Shown: one piece after another, positions 53,855 to 64,000 of the stretch
Layout: each line of letters begins with the position of its first letter
Numbering within the stretch: position 1 is the first letter of the stretch
Assembly: GCA_051047955.1 (NCBI GenBank)
Contig: JBPGPT010000004.1
Coordinates: 372,001-436,000 of the forward strand
From: Cystobasidiomycetes sp. EMM_F5
Lineage: Eukaryota
Length of the DNA stretch: 64,000 nt
Direction: 5' to 3'
The notes under the pieces: generated by a model
The model's input: the letters and a program-made list of their open reading frames with translations, nothing else
Databases searched by the model: none
Told to the model about the DNA's origin: nothing
Position numbers and translations under genes: made by a program

Positions 53855-56500
53855 ATGCCGTCTGCCCGGCTTCAGCGACGCGTTAGGCGGCTGCTGGGCG
53901 TCTTTGGCGTTACTGCGGTAGTCCACTTTGCCAGCAGGAGTGTCCCGCCAGTGTCTGCGCTGCTCGGGCTAGCAGAGCCACGGTTCAAGTTTGAAGGGCT
54001 CATCGATGTCGGCGGACTGGGTCTGGAAGCCGTGGACGGTCTGGTCGCAGCGGTGGGAGACTTGGACGGCGAGCAATTGTGCGCGTAGAATGTGTCTCAA
54101 AGAGCTTTGGAATGGTAGACTGATGGCATGATTATCTTGCACAATTACTCCTCTGCGCTTGATAAGCCTCGAGCTGTTCATTCTCGATGCAGAACAACGC
54201 TCCGTCAGCCTGTACCAATGGAATAAAGGTGTGGTCCATTTGCTCAAGCGATACGCCCACACTGACGGCCTCGTACAGCCAAATACACCTTTCAGCCTGT
54301 CCCCGGAGCACAACCCATATCGGCCCCTTTCAGGATTACAAACGTAGTTCCCGGAGACTACGACTATGACGGGCGACTGGATGTACTTCTGATGGGTCAA
54401 GCTAATCCAGGAGGGTGGTGGGCGGACGACGAACTCAAGATGCTCTTCTATCGCGGTCTGGGTGGGGGCTCGTTTGCTCCGCCTGTTCAAGTCCGCTCGT
54501 CTGGCCTGCCTCAGCCTATGCCAATGGATGCCGGCGGTGATCTAAGAGTGGATTTACTGGGCGTCGTCAAGAATGATGAAACAGAACAGCAAAGTCTACG
54601 GCTGTGGAAGAATGTCTGGAGGGAAAGCAATCTATCTAGCATATTTACCTTGTGAGCAGGTTATGAAAAATCATGCCGCGCTTCATTTCGCTGATTTGAT
54701 CGACAGAGCCGACGCCCCGCTTAATGGAGTCGACTTTAACTGCGAGATACCCGATACACACTCCAATGCATTCATAGACCTGGACGGCGACTGTCTAGCG
54801 GGTAGGTAGTGGTGACGGCTGAAGCAATCCCCATACTAATGTTAGACCCTTTCAGATCTATTTCTCGTCTGCAAAGACCCCACAAACTCGGATCGTCTAA
54901 CATATCAAATATGGATAAACACCAAAACTACAGGTTTCAAATTGGCTCAGAAGGGTCAATTGCCTGCTGGAGTCGGCCAGATCAGCTTTGCGGATATGGG
55001 TGAGTCCACGTGATTTCCCTGCATATCCACGATGGTTCTGACCGATTTTGTTAGACCGTGACGGCACGCTCGACATGGTCTTTCCGACATGCACCCCAAG
55101 AGACGGCTGCAACGTCAACATTGTCTACAATCAGCAAATGCCGCTCTGTACAACTACAGGAGGTCTGACGACAACGCAATCACGCGTACCCACCAAAGAC
55201 TGCCGCGATGTCGGCAATCTATGCGTAGCTGATCCACAATTCAATTTTGACATGTCGGAGAGCAGCGCCAATAGCGTAAGTCATGCTTCAGTGTTGACGT
55301 ATCGTGCTTGTCCTGCGAAGCTTACGTTATGTGAATTGACAGGGTTTTCAACGATCCTCTCTCACGTCCTTGGTTCCAGCAGCTCCCTATATGATTCTAG
55401 AAGACAAGGCTTTCCGGGGCTCTTTACCTAATCCAATCAGAATTGGCGATTACAACAAGGATGGGTATCCCGATCTACTCGTCGTGACGAGTGCATCTAC
55501 CTCTGCACAGCAAGGTGTCGTATCATTATTGGAGTCGGTCCCGTGCACCACAAAGGAGTGCTCAAAAGCAGTGACTTCTGCTTCAAGACGCTCGTTTAGC
55601 AGAGTGGATGGCCCGACGGCAGAAGCGCTCAATAAAATTACAGACGCAAAATCGGCAATGTGGATTGATCTGGATGAGGATGGAAGTCTAGATATCCTCG
55701 TTCAGCGAGTGGGAAAAGCAGGCGGGTCAAGCCGGACGCTATCGTTTATACGCAACAACTATTACCACGATGCATTCTTTCTGAAGACGCTCGGTGAGAA
55801 AGCATTTGTGTATACTTTGAATTTGCATGAAGGCTGAGTGATTCGCAGTTGGTAATGGCGCATGTGATGGCATGTGCATCGGAGCTAATGGGAGCCGGTA
55901 TCACGTAAGCTCGATTGATATTAGAGCCGTTTCAGCTCTGATGTCATTGTTCTGCGAATGCAGCCATACGGTGTGAGCTATTCGGGCGCTTCCTATAAGT
56001 TCACAGTGCTGGACACGAGCGGTGTCAGAAAAGCCACACAGGGCAAGTAGTATGCTGATTTCGCCGGTCTTGACCCTGTTCTGACGATGTGCTTCCTCGG
56101 GCTGAAACTCGCAGTCGGCCAACTGCCTCAAACAGGCTATCTGTCTCTTCAGACGCCATACTCGTACTTCGGTCTCGGACGGACCAACAACTATGTTGAA
56201 AATCTGTTTGTCGGCAGCACGAGGCACCAAGACGAGCATTACATGTCTATAGAGGGGCTCATCCCAAATTCGCAAGTCGTGATTGTTCCGTACCAGCCTG
56301 CGGACGTGCATACGCCCGCTACATGGGAACGACAACTTTTTCTACAGCCTGGCAAATGGATTCCTTGGGTCGGCGTTGCTCTGCTAGGGTCTCTGCTCAT
56401 TCTGTCGACGATAGTGCTCGTCTTGCACGTCAACGAGAAGCGTCAAGACGAGCTGGAACGCCGGAAAGCACAGCACTTGATCAATTTTGATGCATTGTAG
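53855..56500 (+). CDS. ITFG1: LINKIN/ITFG1 (TIP) FG-GAP repeat single-pass membrane protein
   Basis: FG-GAP-like Asp motifs (GDLDG, GDYDYDG, DRDGTLD, GDYNKDGYPD), LQTPYSYFGLGRTNNY, a TM helix and C-terminal EKRQDE...INFDAL. Confidence 0.88.
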
Positions 56501-57162
56501 AGCAGTACAGTGGTTGTAAATTGTTGTTGTATTCCCTGAATGCAGTTGGTGAATAGGAAAAGTATATCTTGGCTGTAGGATGTTGCAGCCTACATGCGAG
56601 ACGATCACATCTCGATTGTTGTCGGCCGAGAAGCGCGGTGGATGCAGCAGGGCTCGTTCAAACCGCTGTCCCATCTATCCATTCTGTAATTCTATCACGT
56701 GGCGGCCGTGCAATCCGAAGTGAACCACATAGGAGGCTCATGACGTGTGATGTGTGATCATAAACATCGCCCCCTTTGGTGTACGGCAATATTTTGACAT
56801 AGGCCAGTGACGTGAGCGGAAGAAGTTTTGTACATCTGTAAAGTACGGCTCCATGTACTGTGCGCATCCGTCAGAATGCTGAATATTTCCTGCAAAGGAA
56901 CGGCTCTTCATCCCGCTCGAATTTGGTACGGCAGCGTGGCAGACGTGCCGAAGCCCAGGGCATGTAGAATCCCTGCGTCTTGATCCAGACCGGTGCGTCG
57001 CGCACAATTCCTGTATAATGTCGCGGGGCGACGGCGAACAGCTGCTATTGGTGGTGTATGGTGCCGTTTGCTCTCGACAGAGATTGGTGGAATGTGGATG
57101 CCTCTGTAGATCTTGGCTGCAGCCCGTGATGCAATGATAGGGACCAGCACGGCTGGATTGTC

Positions 57163-58009
57163 CTACGTTACGAAGTCACCAGCTGTCATTCGGATGAACT
57201 TGACGGTGTGGTCAGGATCGGTGTACGGGGCCATGTGTCCAGCATCGCACTCTTCCACGAGAGCACAACCGGCCTGCACACTCATATCTTCTTGCATATT
57301 CTTCGTAAAGAGGTTGTCCCTCTTGCAGATGAGATAGGTGCTCTGTATGCCGTCGTCCATCCATCCGAAATAGGTTGCAGTAGGACCCTTCGCGAGACCC
57401 GTCGTGTACCCTTGCCCAGTGTGCGGCTCTAGCTCGTTGCACAGGCGAAGCGCTTCCTCATCGTCTTCAATGTCGTTGAAGAGCAAGACTCGCGGATTGT
57501 GACAGTTTACAATAGTCCGGTCTGGCTGTGCGGGGAAAGCGCGAAAAGCGACTTTGAAAGTCAGCAAACAAAGAAGCGGAGGAGCCTGGAGACGATGAGA
57601 GACTCACAGAGTAGTCGAAATGATCCCACTCCATTCCGAGATACCAGAGAAGTGCGGCGATATATGCCAGTTTCGACACGCCGCCTTTGAGACCTTCTTT
57701 CTTTCGGGAGTGCCGCGTCAAGCCCTTGAGCGCCATTGATCCCATGATACCACCGCCAGCATGCATCACGACGATGACCTCGCTGCCTCCGTTGGCATTC
57801 ACCGCTTCCGAGACGACTTTGCGGATTGCTGCGACATCGTCCCAGACTGTCGGTCCTCCAGCGGTGGCCGAGTATGGACGCCCAGGCGATACGAGCGGCG
57901 CGACAGCAGTCTGGTAGCCGTGCTTGTGGAGTTTGGCGACAGTCCTGGTCCATATCCCAGCTCCAGCCCATATCCCGGGGACGAGGACGATGATTGGCTT
58001 CCTCCCCAT
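57163..58009 (-). CDS. Alpha/beta hydrolase fold protein (methylesterase/AB-hydrolase-6-like) with nucleophile Ser replaced by Ala
   Basis: KPIIVLVPGIW, DDVAAIR, VIVVMHAGGG, GGVSKLAYIAA, STYLICKRD, DAGHMAP; one intron. Confidence 0.8.
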
Positions 58010-58383
58010 GTCTTTCACTTCACTTTAGAGGCTTGAAGACTGCAGCTGACGCCCTCGAGGCTACTCTTCGTCCGCTTTCCTGGCGTCCTCTTCCTCAGCC
58101 TGCCACGGCTTCCATCGTGCCCAGCTGCAGAGCCCTCTGCGCACAATCTTGCAGGGCTTTGTGGAGACGCCAAGGTGGCAAAAAGCGACGCCGTAGCGCA
58201 CCATACTGGATAGCTGCTCGAGACTACAGTGAGGCTCGAGACTCTGATTACTGTGCTTATTCAAGCCGGTATGCTCGGATAACGTCTGACCGCATGGCTG
58301 ACGGTCTGACCGAGATATGTACTTTAATGACCATAAGCCATTCTTTCGCTTCTTCCTGCTGACTACAGCATCCCTCGATAGCA

Positions 58384-59670
58384 ATGAGTCTCTTATCTCC
58401 TCCAAACGATGTCATTATAAAGATAGGCCACGACATCCTGGATGTTGGATGGGATTACGAGGCCTCGCGATGGAAGCATGGTGACGCCAAGAATCTGCTC
58501 TTGTTCCGCTTGGTGCAGCCGAGGATCGCACACTTGTGCGGTCATCTCGCATGCTCGGAAGATATCATGGTGCCTATCATGGGTGACAATGGGGTAGCCG
58601 ATGAGCGAATCCTGTACTCTTACGCTCGCATGGGACTTCACACACCGCATCTCGCTATAACCTTGGATGTCTTCTGCGGTCAGCGCGCAGCGATCGGTGT
58701 GCCATGCCACGTGTATGGCCGAGCTTGCGACGATCCGCTCGACATTTGCGAACAGTACGACCGAGTCATTGCTGATCGTATCTCCCATGTTACCGAGGCA
58801 ACGTCCGCCAATCTGACGCTGTGCGATGACAACGAGGGGACAGCAGGTGTCGAATATTATCCGCTCACGTATGCTGCAGTATTTGGAACCCCATCGTTGC
58901 GCTATCTTGTCCTGTCGTTAAGAGGCACCGTCGACCTGCGTGTCCTCGCTAAATATTTCCCGCTATGGCACAAAGTTGATGGACTTCGGGTTCAATACGT
59001 CTACAGTGCCTACGGATATGTCGATCACAATTTGCAACGGCCGTTCTGGCAGGCTTTGCTCAAATTACCGCTGCGGTATAGCCTGGATGTCGACATGAGC
59101 AACTGTGACTTTGTGAAAGACTCGCGCACGGCGATGGGAACACCTCCGCTGCATAGTCCCTCGTGGTCCTGCTTTACATATCTTCGCATCAAGGGCATCA
59201 ACAAAAGGATGACAGACTGGCTGCAGCCAGCTATCTCTGCCAATCTTTCAGCCTCTGCCTCGACGCTGAAGGACGTATGGGTACCTGCTAGCTTCTTCGC
59301 TTACTGTGACGATGGGACGATCTTCTTGATGCTCGAACGCCTATCTTTAGAGGATGGTGACGGAACCACTTCCTTCGAAGTTCTGGAAGGACGGCTTTCG
59401 AAATGTCCTGTACTGCAAGATCTTTCGCTCACAGGGCCACTCTCACAAGAAATTGCGTATAAGCTTATAAAGCAGTCTACATTCCTTCCGGTCCTGCAGA
59501 TGTTATCAGTGTCGGCAGATGCAGACACGCTCGCTATGTTTCGCACACTGGAAGTCTCACCACTATCAGAAGTCACCGATGTCGACATTCTGTTGCAAAA
59601 GCTGCTAAATCTTTGCTATTACCGCCGCATCAACCTAGAAGTTCAACTTGCGATGTCGCATTCGATCTGA
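58384..59670 (+). CDS. F-box-like/LRR-like protein, tandem paralog 1 (intronless)
   Basis: N-terminus MSLLSPPNDVIIKIGHDILDVGWD...LLLFRLVQPRI; shares motifs with the two downstream paralogs. Confidence 0.7.
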   Translation: MSLLSPPNDVIIKIGHDILDVGWDYEASRWKHGDAKNLLLFRLVQPRIAHLCGHLACSEDIMVPIMGDNGVADERILYSYARMGLHTPHLAITLDVFCGQRAAIGVPCHVYGRACDDPLDICEQYDRVIADRISHVTEATSANLTLCDDNEGTAGVEYYPLTYAAVFGTPSLRYLVLSLRGTVDLRVLAKYFPLWHKVDGLRVQYVYSAYGYVDHNLQRPFWQALLKLPLRYSLDVDMSNCDFVKDSRTAMGTPPLHSPSWSCFTYLRIKGINKRMTDWLQPAISANLSASASTLKDVWVPASFFAYCDDGTIFLMLERLSLEDGDGTTSFEVLEGRLSKCPVLQDLSLTGPLSQEIAYKLIKQSTFLPVLQMLSVSADADTLAMFRTLEVSPLSEVTDVDILLQKLLNLCYYRRINLEVQLAMSHSI

Positions 59671-59980
59671 CAGGAGTTGTACGATTGTCCTTGCCAATCG
59701 AGAGCCCGCCTTCCTTCGAACGGATGCGTACCCGTATTTTGGCCATTGCCAATTCGCACGCCGTCCTGCTATAACGGCATCCGTTGTATGTCAGCTGAGC
59801 CGTCAACGGTCGAAATCGGCCAGACCGGTTCACTGATGTACGGTATGTCGACGTATCGGCAAATATATTGCGTGACTGGTCTGCGATACTTCAATCTGCC
59901 CGAATCGAGTCATCTCGCTTCTGGCCACAATAATCCATTTGAAGACACTGCGCGTTCCCTTTCACGCAAAAGAAGGAGAC

Positions 59981-61201
59981 ATGGGTCTGCTGGCACTGCC
60001 GGACGTCTTGATCCGGTACATAGCTGGGCATGTACTCAATGCTGGGTGGGACGACGATCAGTGTCAATGGGCTGCCGGCGATGCGGAGGCTCTGCGCTCT
60101 TTCCGCTTGATCCACCCAAGAATCTCTCAGCTCTGCGTCGACTTTGTGTACTCGACGGACAACATAACGCCGCTGGGTGGCAGTCGCGAGGCCAATATGG
60201 GTCTGGTGTCCTGTTCCTATCATCGAATGGGGAAGACCACGCCACATATCGTGCTACGCCTGGGTCTCTCCGGGCAATGTACTGTGGACGCGGATCAGTC
60301 GTGTGACGGGGTCGGGCATACCTGTAACAGACGTAGCTTTGCGAGCATCGACAGCATCATCGCAGACAACGTATTTCAGGCACAAGGCGTCAAATCTTTC
60401 GAAGTGGATCTGAGCGTCTTTTCGGGGATGTATACGATGCCGTTCTACCCAAAAGCCCGCGCCGCGATCTTCGGACACCCAAGTGCGCGGTACTTCAGAG
60501 TGACGTCGAGCGATGGCTGCATCAATGTTCGCATACTCGAAGAAATGGTCAGACTCATGCAATCGCCCCGATCTCTACGCATGTTGATCGTGTACGGCCC
60601 CGATAGACATAATAGGGTACAAAATGGCCTGGGCCTTTATCGGGCTGTGACTCACCAATCTATGTTGCGCAATCTAGATCTCGACATGGAACCGCGGGAT
60701 GAAACTCCCTGTCCAGGCCTTGCTTCGAGCCTTCCTCTGCCAGTCAACCAGCCGTGGAGCCAGCTTACTCACTTCCGTCTCAAAGCTTTTGGTGAAGACT
60801 TTCGGCATGTACTGCGTCCACACGTTACTGCAAGTCTCTGTGCCTCCGCTTCCACTCTGCAAAGCATCTGTACGTCGATGATCTTCATCGTAGACTGTCT
60901 GAGAGGCACTAGCTTTCGGAAACTGGTATACCTCAGGCTCACTGTGCCATCTTCTACTGAATTATCGCGAATCTTCAACAAGCCCGTAGACCTGGGTATC
61001 ACGTTCCCCTCTCTCGAAACCTTGTTTCTGGACGGGCGACAAGCATCTCAGGCTGCGCTTTACTTGACAGAGCGTCCTACAATGATCCCCGTCCTGAAGG
61101 TGCTGGAACTTCTCGCTCCATTACGCGAGAATGAGGTCGTCGATAGGGTCGCGGAGGCTTGTGCGTCTGACAACATTGTTCTTCAGTGGATAAATTACTA
61201 G
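59981..61201 (+). CDS. F-box-like/LRR-like protein, tandem paralog 2 (intronless)
   Basis: MGLLALPDVLIRYIAGHVLNAGWD...LRSFRLIHPRISQLC; LRR-like segments WSQLTHFRL, FRKLVYLRL, FPSLETLFL, PVLKVLEL. Confidence 0.75.
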   Translation: MGLLALPDVLIRYIAGHVLNAGWDDDQCQWAAGDAEALRSFRLIHPRISQLCVDFVYSTDNITPLGGSREANMGLVSCSYHRMGKTTPHIVLRLGLSGQCTVDADQSCDGVGHTCNRRSFASIDSIIADNVFQAQGVKSFEVDLSVFSGMYTMPFYPKARAAIFGHPSARYFRVTSSDGCINVRILEEMVRLMQSPRSLRMLIVYGPDRHNRVQNGLGLYRAVTHQSMLRNLDLDMEPRDETPCPGLASSLPLPVNQPWSQLTHFRLKAFGEDFRHVLRPHVTASLCASASTLQSICTSMIFIVDCLRGTSFRKLVYLRLTVPSSTELSRIFNKPVDLGITFPSLETLFLDGRQASQAALYLTERPTMIPVLKVLELLAPLRENEVVDRVAEACASDNIVLQWINY

Positions 61202-61903
61202 CAGCTCCATGAGGCGTTCTTGTGATTGCAAAGTAGGCTGCTCACTACCGCCGACTACGGTTACTCTCGTGAATTAGAAACACCCTCTCCCGCATACATG
61301 TGGTAATTCATTTTCGATCGACACATCGCCAGCTGTCTGTAAATGACTTGAATCACAAACCTAATTCAATGTATCGGCTTCGTAGCCCTTTCGGTCCCAT
61401 AGAAGAAGCTCGACTCTTTGACTTCGACATATCGGTACCCGCTCTGACTTGTGCTTGATTGTGGCGGTGTACGTTCCTTCCGACCGTGAAAATCAACATA
61501 TCGGTGTTGACAAATCCAGCAGCACCGCCTAGATCCTCCACACTGTGTGCTTATTTCTTCGGTGTGGCAACGCCCGTAAGCGACCAAGAGACTTCAAGCA
61601 ACGCGTCTATTTCACGGGTTCAAATGCGATGTGCAAGAGGACACGACACATACAAGGGAACAGGGGGCTGTGGTGCCGGTCTACATGGACAAACATCAGA
61701 CCCCTCAACGGTCGATACTGCCCCAGTCAGACCGACCTACCGATATACTGCATGTCAGCCATAGTGATGCACGCAATATCTGACCCGTGCCCATTCAGCT
61801 GGGCATTGCTTCACCCACCTTTGACCCGCATCAGGTCATCTCGCCGCTGAATACAGCAGTTCTGCTCTCAATTTAGCGGACTCGCTTTCACAGACAACAA
61901 AGC

Positions 61904-63118
61904 ATGAGCCTACTAGCACTGCCAGATGCCTTGCTCTGGCATATAGCTCAGCGAATACTCAATGCTGGGTGGGATTACGATCGGTCCGAATGGATTGCCG
62001 GTGATGCGGAAGCCCTGCGTTCTTTCCGCTTGGTCCACCCTAGGGTCGCCAAGTTGTGCGTCGACCTCGTTTACTCGAAGGACCACATAGTACCCGTGGA
62101 AGAAAACTGCAAGGTCAAGTGGCCTAGCGTATACTACTTGTACCATCGAATGGGTCAGACCACGCCACATGTCGAGCTACGCCTCGGAATTTATGGCCTC
62201 TGCTGCGCAAATTCCGATGAGCCGTGTTACATGTCCGGAAAAATCTGTAGTGGACAGTCCCTGCGTACTTTCGAAAAGTATGACAGCGTCGTCGCGGACT
62301 ACGTCTCCAACGCCAAAGGCGTAAAGTCTTTCGAAATACACTTTTATAATGACTGTACTGTCTCGCAAAACGTCCCATTCTACCCGAAAGCACGCGCTGC
62401 CATCTTTGGCCACCCAACAGCACTATATTTCAAAATATCGAACAGAGGAGATGTAGACCTACAAATACACACCGAAAATCTGAAACTCATGCGGTCGCCT
62501 AAAGCTCTGAGGGTGCCGCATATGCACGGAACCTTCAGCGACGACAGATTGAACGCCGGACTGGCCTTTTATCAGGCTCTGGCTCACCAATCTACCTGGA
62601 GCCAACTCGACCTTGCAATGCATACGAACCTTGGCACGCTCAGGTCAGACCCTGCTCCAAATCTTCCGCTCATCGCTGGACAGCCGTGGAGTCAGCTCAC
62701 TTACTTCCGTCTGGACGGCGTTGATGACAGTCTTGAGAAATCCCTGCGGCCGTACATTGCTGCCAGTCTTAGCGCCTCCGCACCGACTCTGCAAAGCCTC
62801 TGCGTATCAATGAACTTCATAATACAGTGTCGTAAAGGCACTACTTTCCGAGCTCTACAAAAATTGTGGTTGTCTGCGGAGTTCTTCAAAGGCTTTCCGA
62901 CTGGCAAAGCGGAGCTGGATATCACATTTCCCGCGCTCGATTTCCTGGACATGGACGAGCAAGCTGCGTGTGAGGTTGCGCTTTGTCTTTTAGAGCGACC
63001 TACAGCTGTTCCAAGCTTGAAGAAGTTGGTCTTTTTTGCACCAGCAGGTGATGGTTTCGATAGGGTCGCAAAAGCATGTGCGTCACGAAACATTTTCTTC
63101 AAAGGGCGGACATACTAG
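61904..63118 (+). CDS. F-box-like/LRR-like protein, tandem paralog 3 (intronless)
   Basis: MSLLALPDALLWHIAQRILNAGWD...LRSFRLVHPRVAKLC; collinear with paralog 2 along its whole length. Confidence 0.75.
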   Translation: MSLLALPDALLWHIAQRILNAGWDYDRSEWIAGDAEALRSFRLVHPRVAKLCVDLVYSKDHIVPVEENCKVKWPSVYYLYHRMGQTTPHVELRLGIYGLCCANSDEPCYMSGKICSGQSLRTFEKYDSVVADYVSNAKGVKSFEIHFYNDCTVSQNVPFYPKARAAIFGHPTALYFKISNRGDVDLQIHTENLKLMRSPKALRVPHMHGTFSDDRLNAGLAFYQALAHQSTWSQLDLAMHTNLGTLRSDPAPNLPLIAGQPWSQLTYFRLDGVDDSLEKSLRPYIAASLSASAPTLQSLCVSMNFIIQCRKGTTFRALQKLWLSAEFFKGFPTGKAELDITFPALDFLDMDEQAACEVALCLLERPTAVPSLKKLVFFAPAGDGFDRVAKACASRNIFFKGRTY

Positions 63119-63195
63119 CTGCCCGAGATAGTACTCAGTAACCGCGAGCCAGGCTGCTTTGTCTCTTTGGCTATGAGTACGCTCACACTCACAAT

Positions 63196-64000
63196 CTAGA
63201 AGTTTTCTTTCCCCCACACAAAGTTGGTGCCGTCTTCTCTCGCTTCCGAGTGTTTGTTACAATTCTGCACTCGATACAGATTTAGGCCTTTCTCTGTGAT
63301 CTCGTATCGCGCCTCTTACTGAATGTAGCTGGCTTCCTAGCGCTTTCGGTCCACAAAACAGAACGCCCACTCTGTGACGGCGAAATATCAGCACATGCAT
63401 CAGTTTCATGTTTGTACGGCTAGCTGACTCGGTGTCAGGATGCCGATCCTTGACGCGGCTGAAGATGGAGTCCCAATTGGGCCTGCCAAAATGGGTGGGT
63501 GCACGCAAACCGGTGATGGCATCCTTCTCTGATCCGACATCGCATACTTGAATATTGGTCAGATCATCGGCCTTGAGCTTCTGAGTGACGTATGTCATGA
63601 TTTCAATGGACTGTACGCAGCCCCTTCCGAATTAGCAACGTTAACCCGCATGTGACTCTGCCTACATTGTTTGTGTCTTGAGCCTCTATTGCGCCCAGTA
63701 GCGATCTGAACCATGATACTGATTCCGCTGCGAATCATTGGTGTCAATATGTCTATGCGTGCGTTATTAACGCTATTGCGACTACAGTATACGTACTATC
63801 ACGGCAGATATGTATAAAATAGACCTTTCGAAGTCTCGTCTTCTTTCGGCCAGAAGCAACGCCAGACTTGTCATTAAGGCGATACCAGATCGACTTCAAG
63901 ATGCTGGCAAACGGCGTCACGCCGATACCAGCAGCGCAGAGCATGACTACTTCGAATTTGTGGTAATCCTCGCTCGCTGAGCCAAATGGCCCGTCCACCA
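63196..64000 (-). CDS. noxB: NADPH oxidase catalytic subunit, NoxB/Nox2-type; 3' part only
   Basis: [55 protein letters not shown]-terminal FVWGKENF stop. Confidence 0.88.

Noticed and set aside
59677..60306. 209-aa ORF overlapping F-box paralog 2 in another frame
   Set aside because: Shadow ORF starting at TTG; no counterpart was recognised in the other paralogs.
47979..63118. Functional link between CSN6 (SCF regulator) and the F-box array
   Set aside because: They are about 9 kb apart with unrelated genes between, and CSN6 is a universal single-copy gene.

Overview
Gene-dense, intron-rich eukaryotic DNA from a fungus, most likely a basidiomycete (inferred from short GT-AG introns of roughly 50-70 nt, CTRAC branch sites and the protein families present). 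About 31 protein-coding genes can be reconstructed by splicing ORF fragments by eye. Housekeeping genes: NTM1, HMT1, ARL1, COX20, RAD6, CLF1, RAD14, GUA1, CSN6, EMW1, a CLC channel, an MFS transporter, a kynurenine-type aminotransferase, an ACSF3-like acyl-CoA synthetase, a LINKIN/ITFG1 homolog and the 3' end of a NoxB NADPH oxidase. There is also a cell-surface/glycan block (GPI protein, secreted Ser/Thr-rich protein, UDP-galactopyranose mutase, GT90) and a divergent regulator pair (a copper-fist transcription factor missed by the ORF track and a Whi5/Nrm1-like repressor). The most notable items are: (1) a very large sacsin-like GHKL ATPase (DUF3684-like) whose C-terminus carries an HExxH metallopeptidase motif split by an intron; (2) an accessory island of three intronless F-box/LRR-like paralogs, two of which share promoter motifs, next to an alpha/beta hydrolase that lacks its nucleophile serine. 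No tRNA, rRNA, transposon or CRISPR feature was recognised. All family calls come from motif recognition without database searches, and gene spans include introns.
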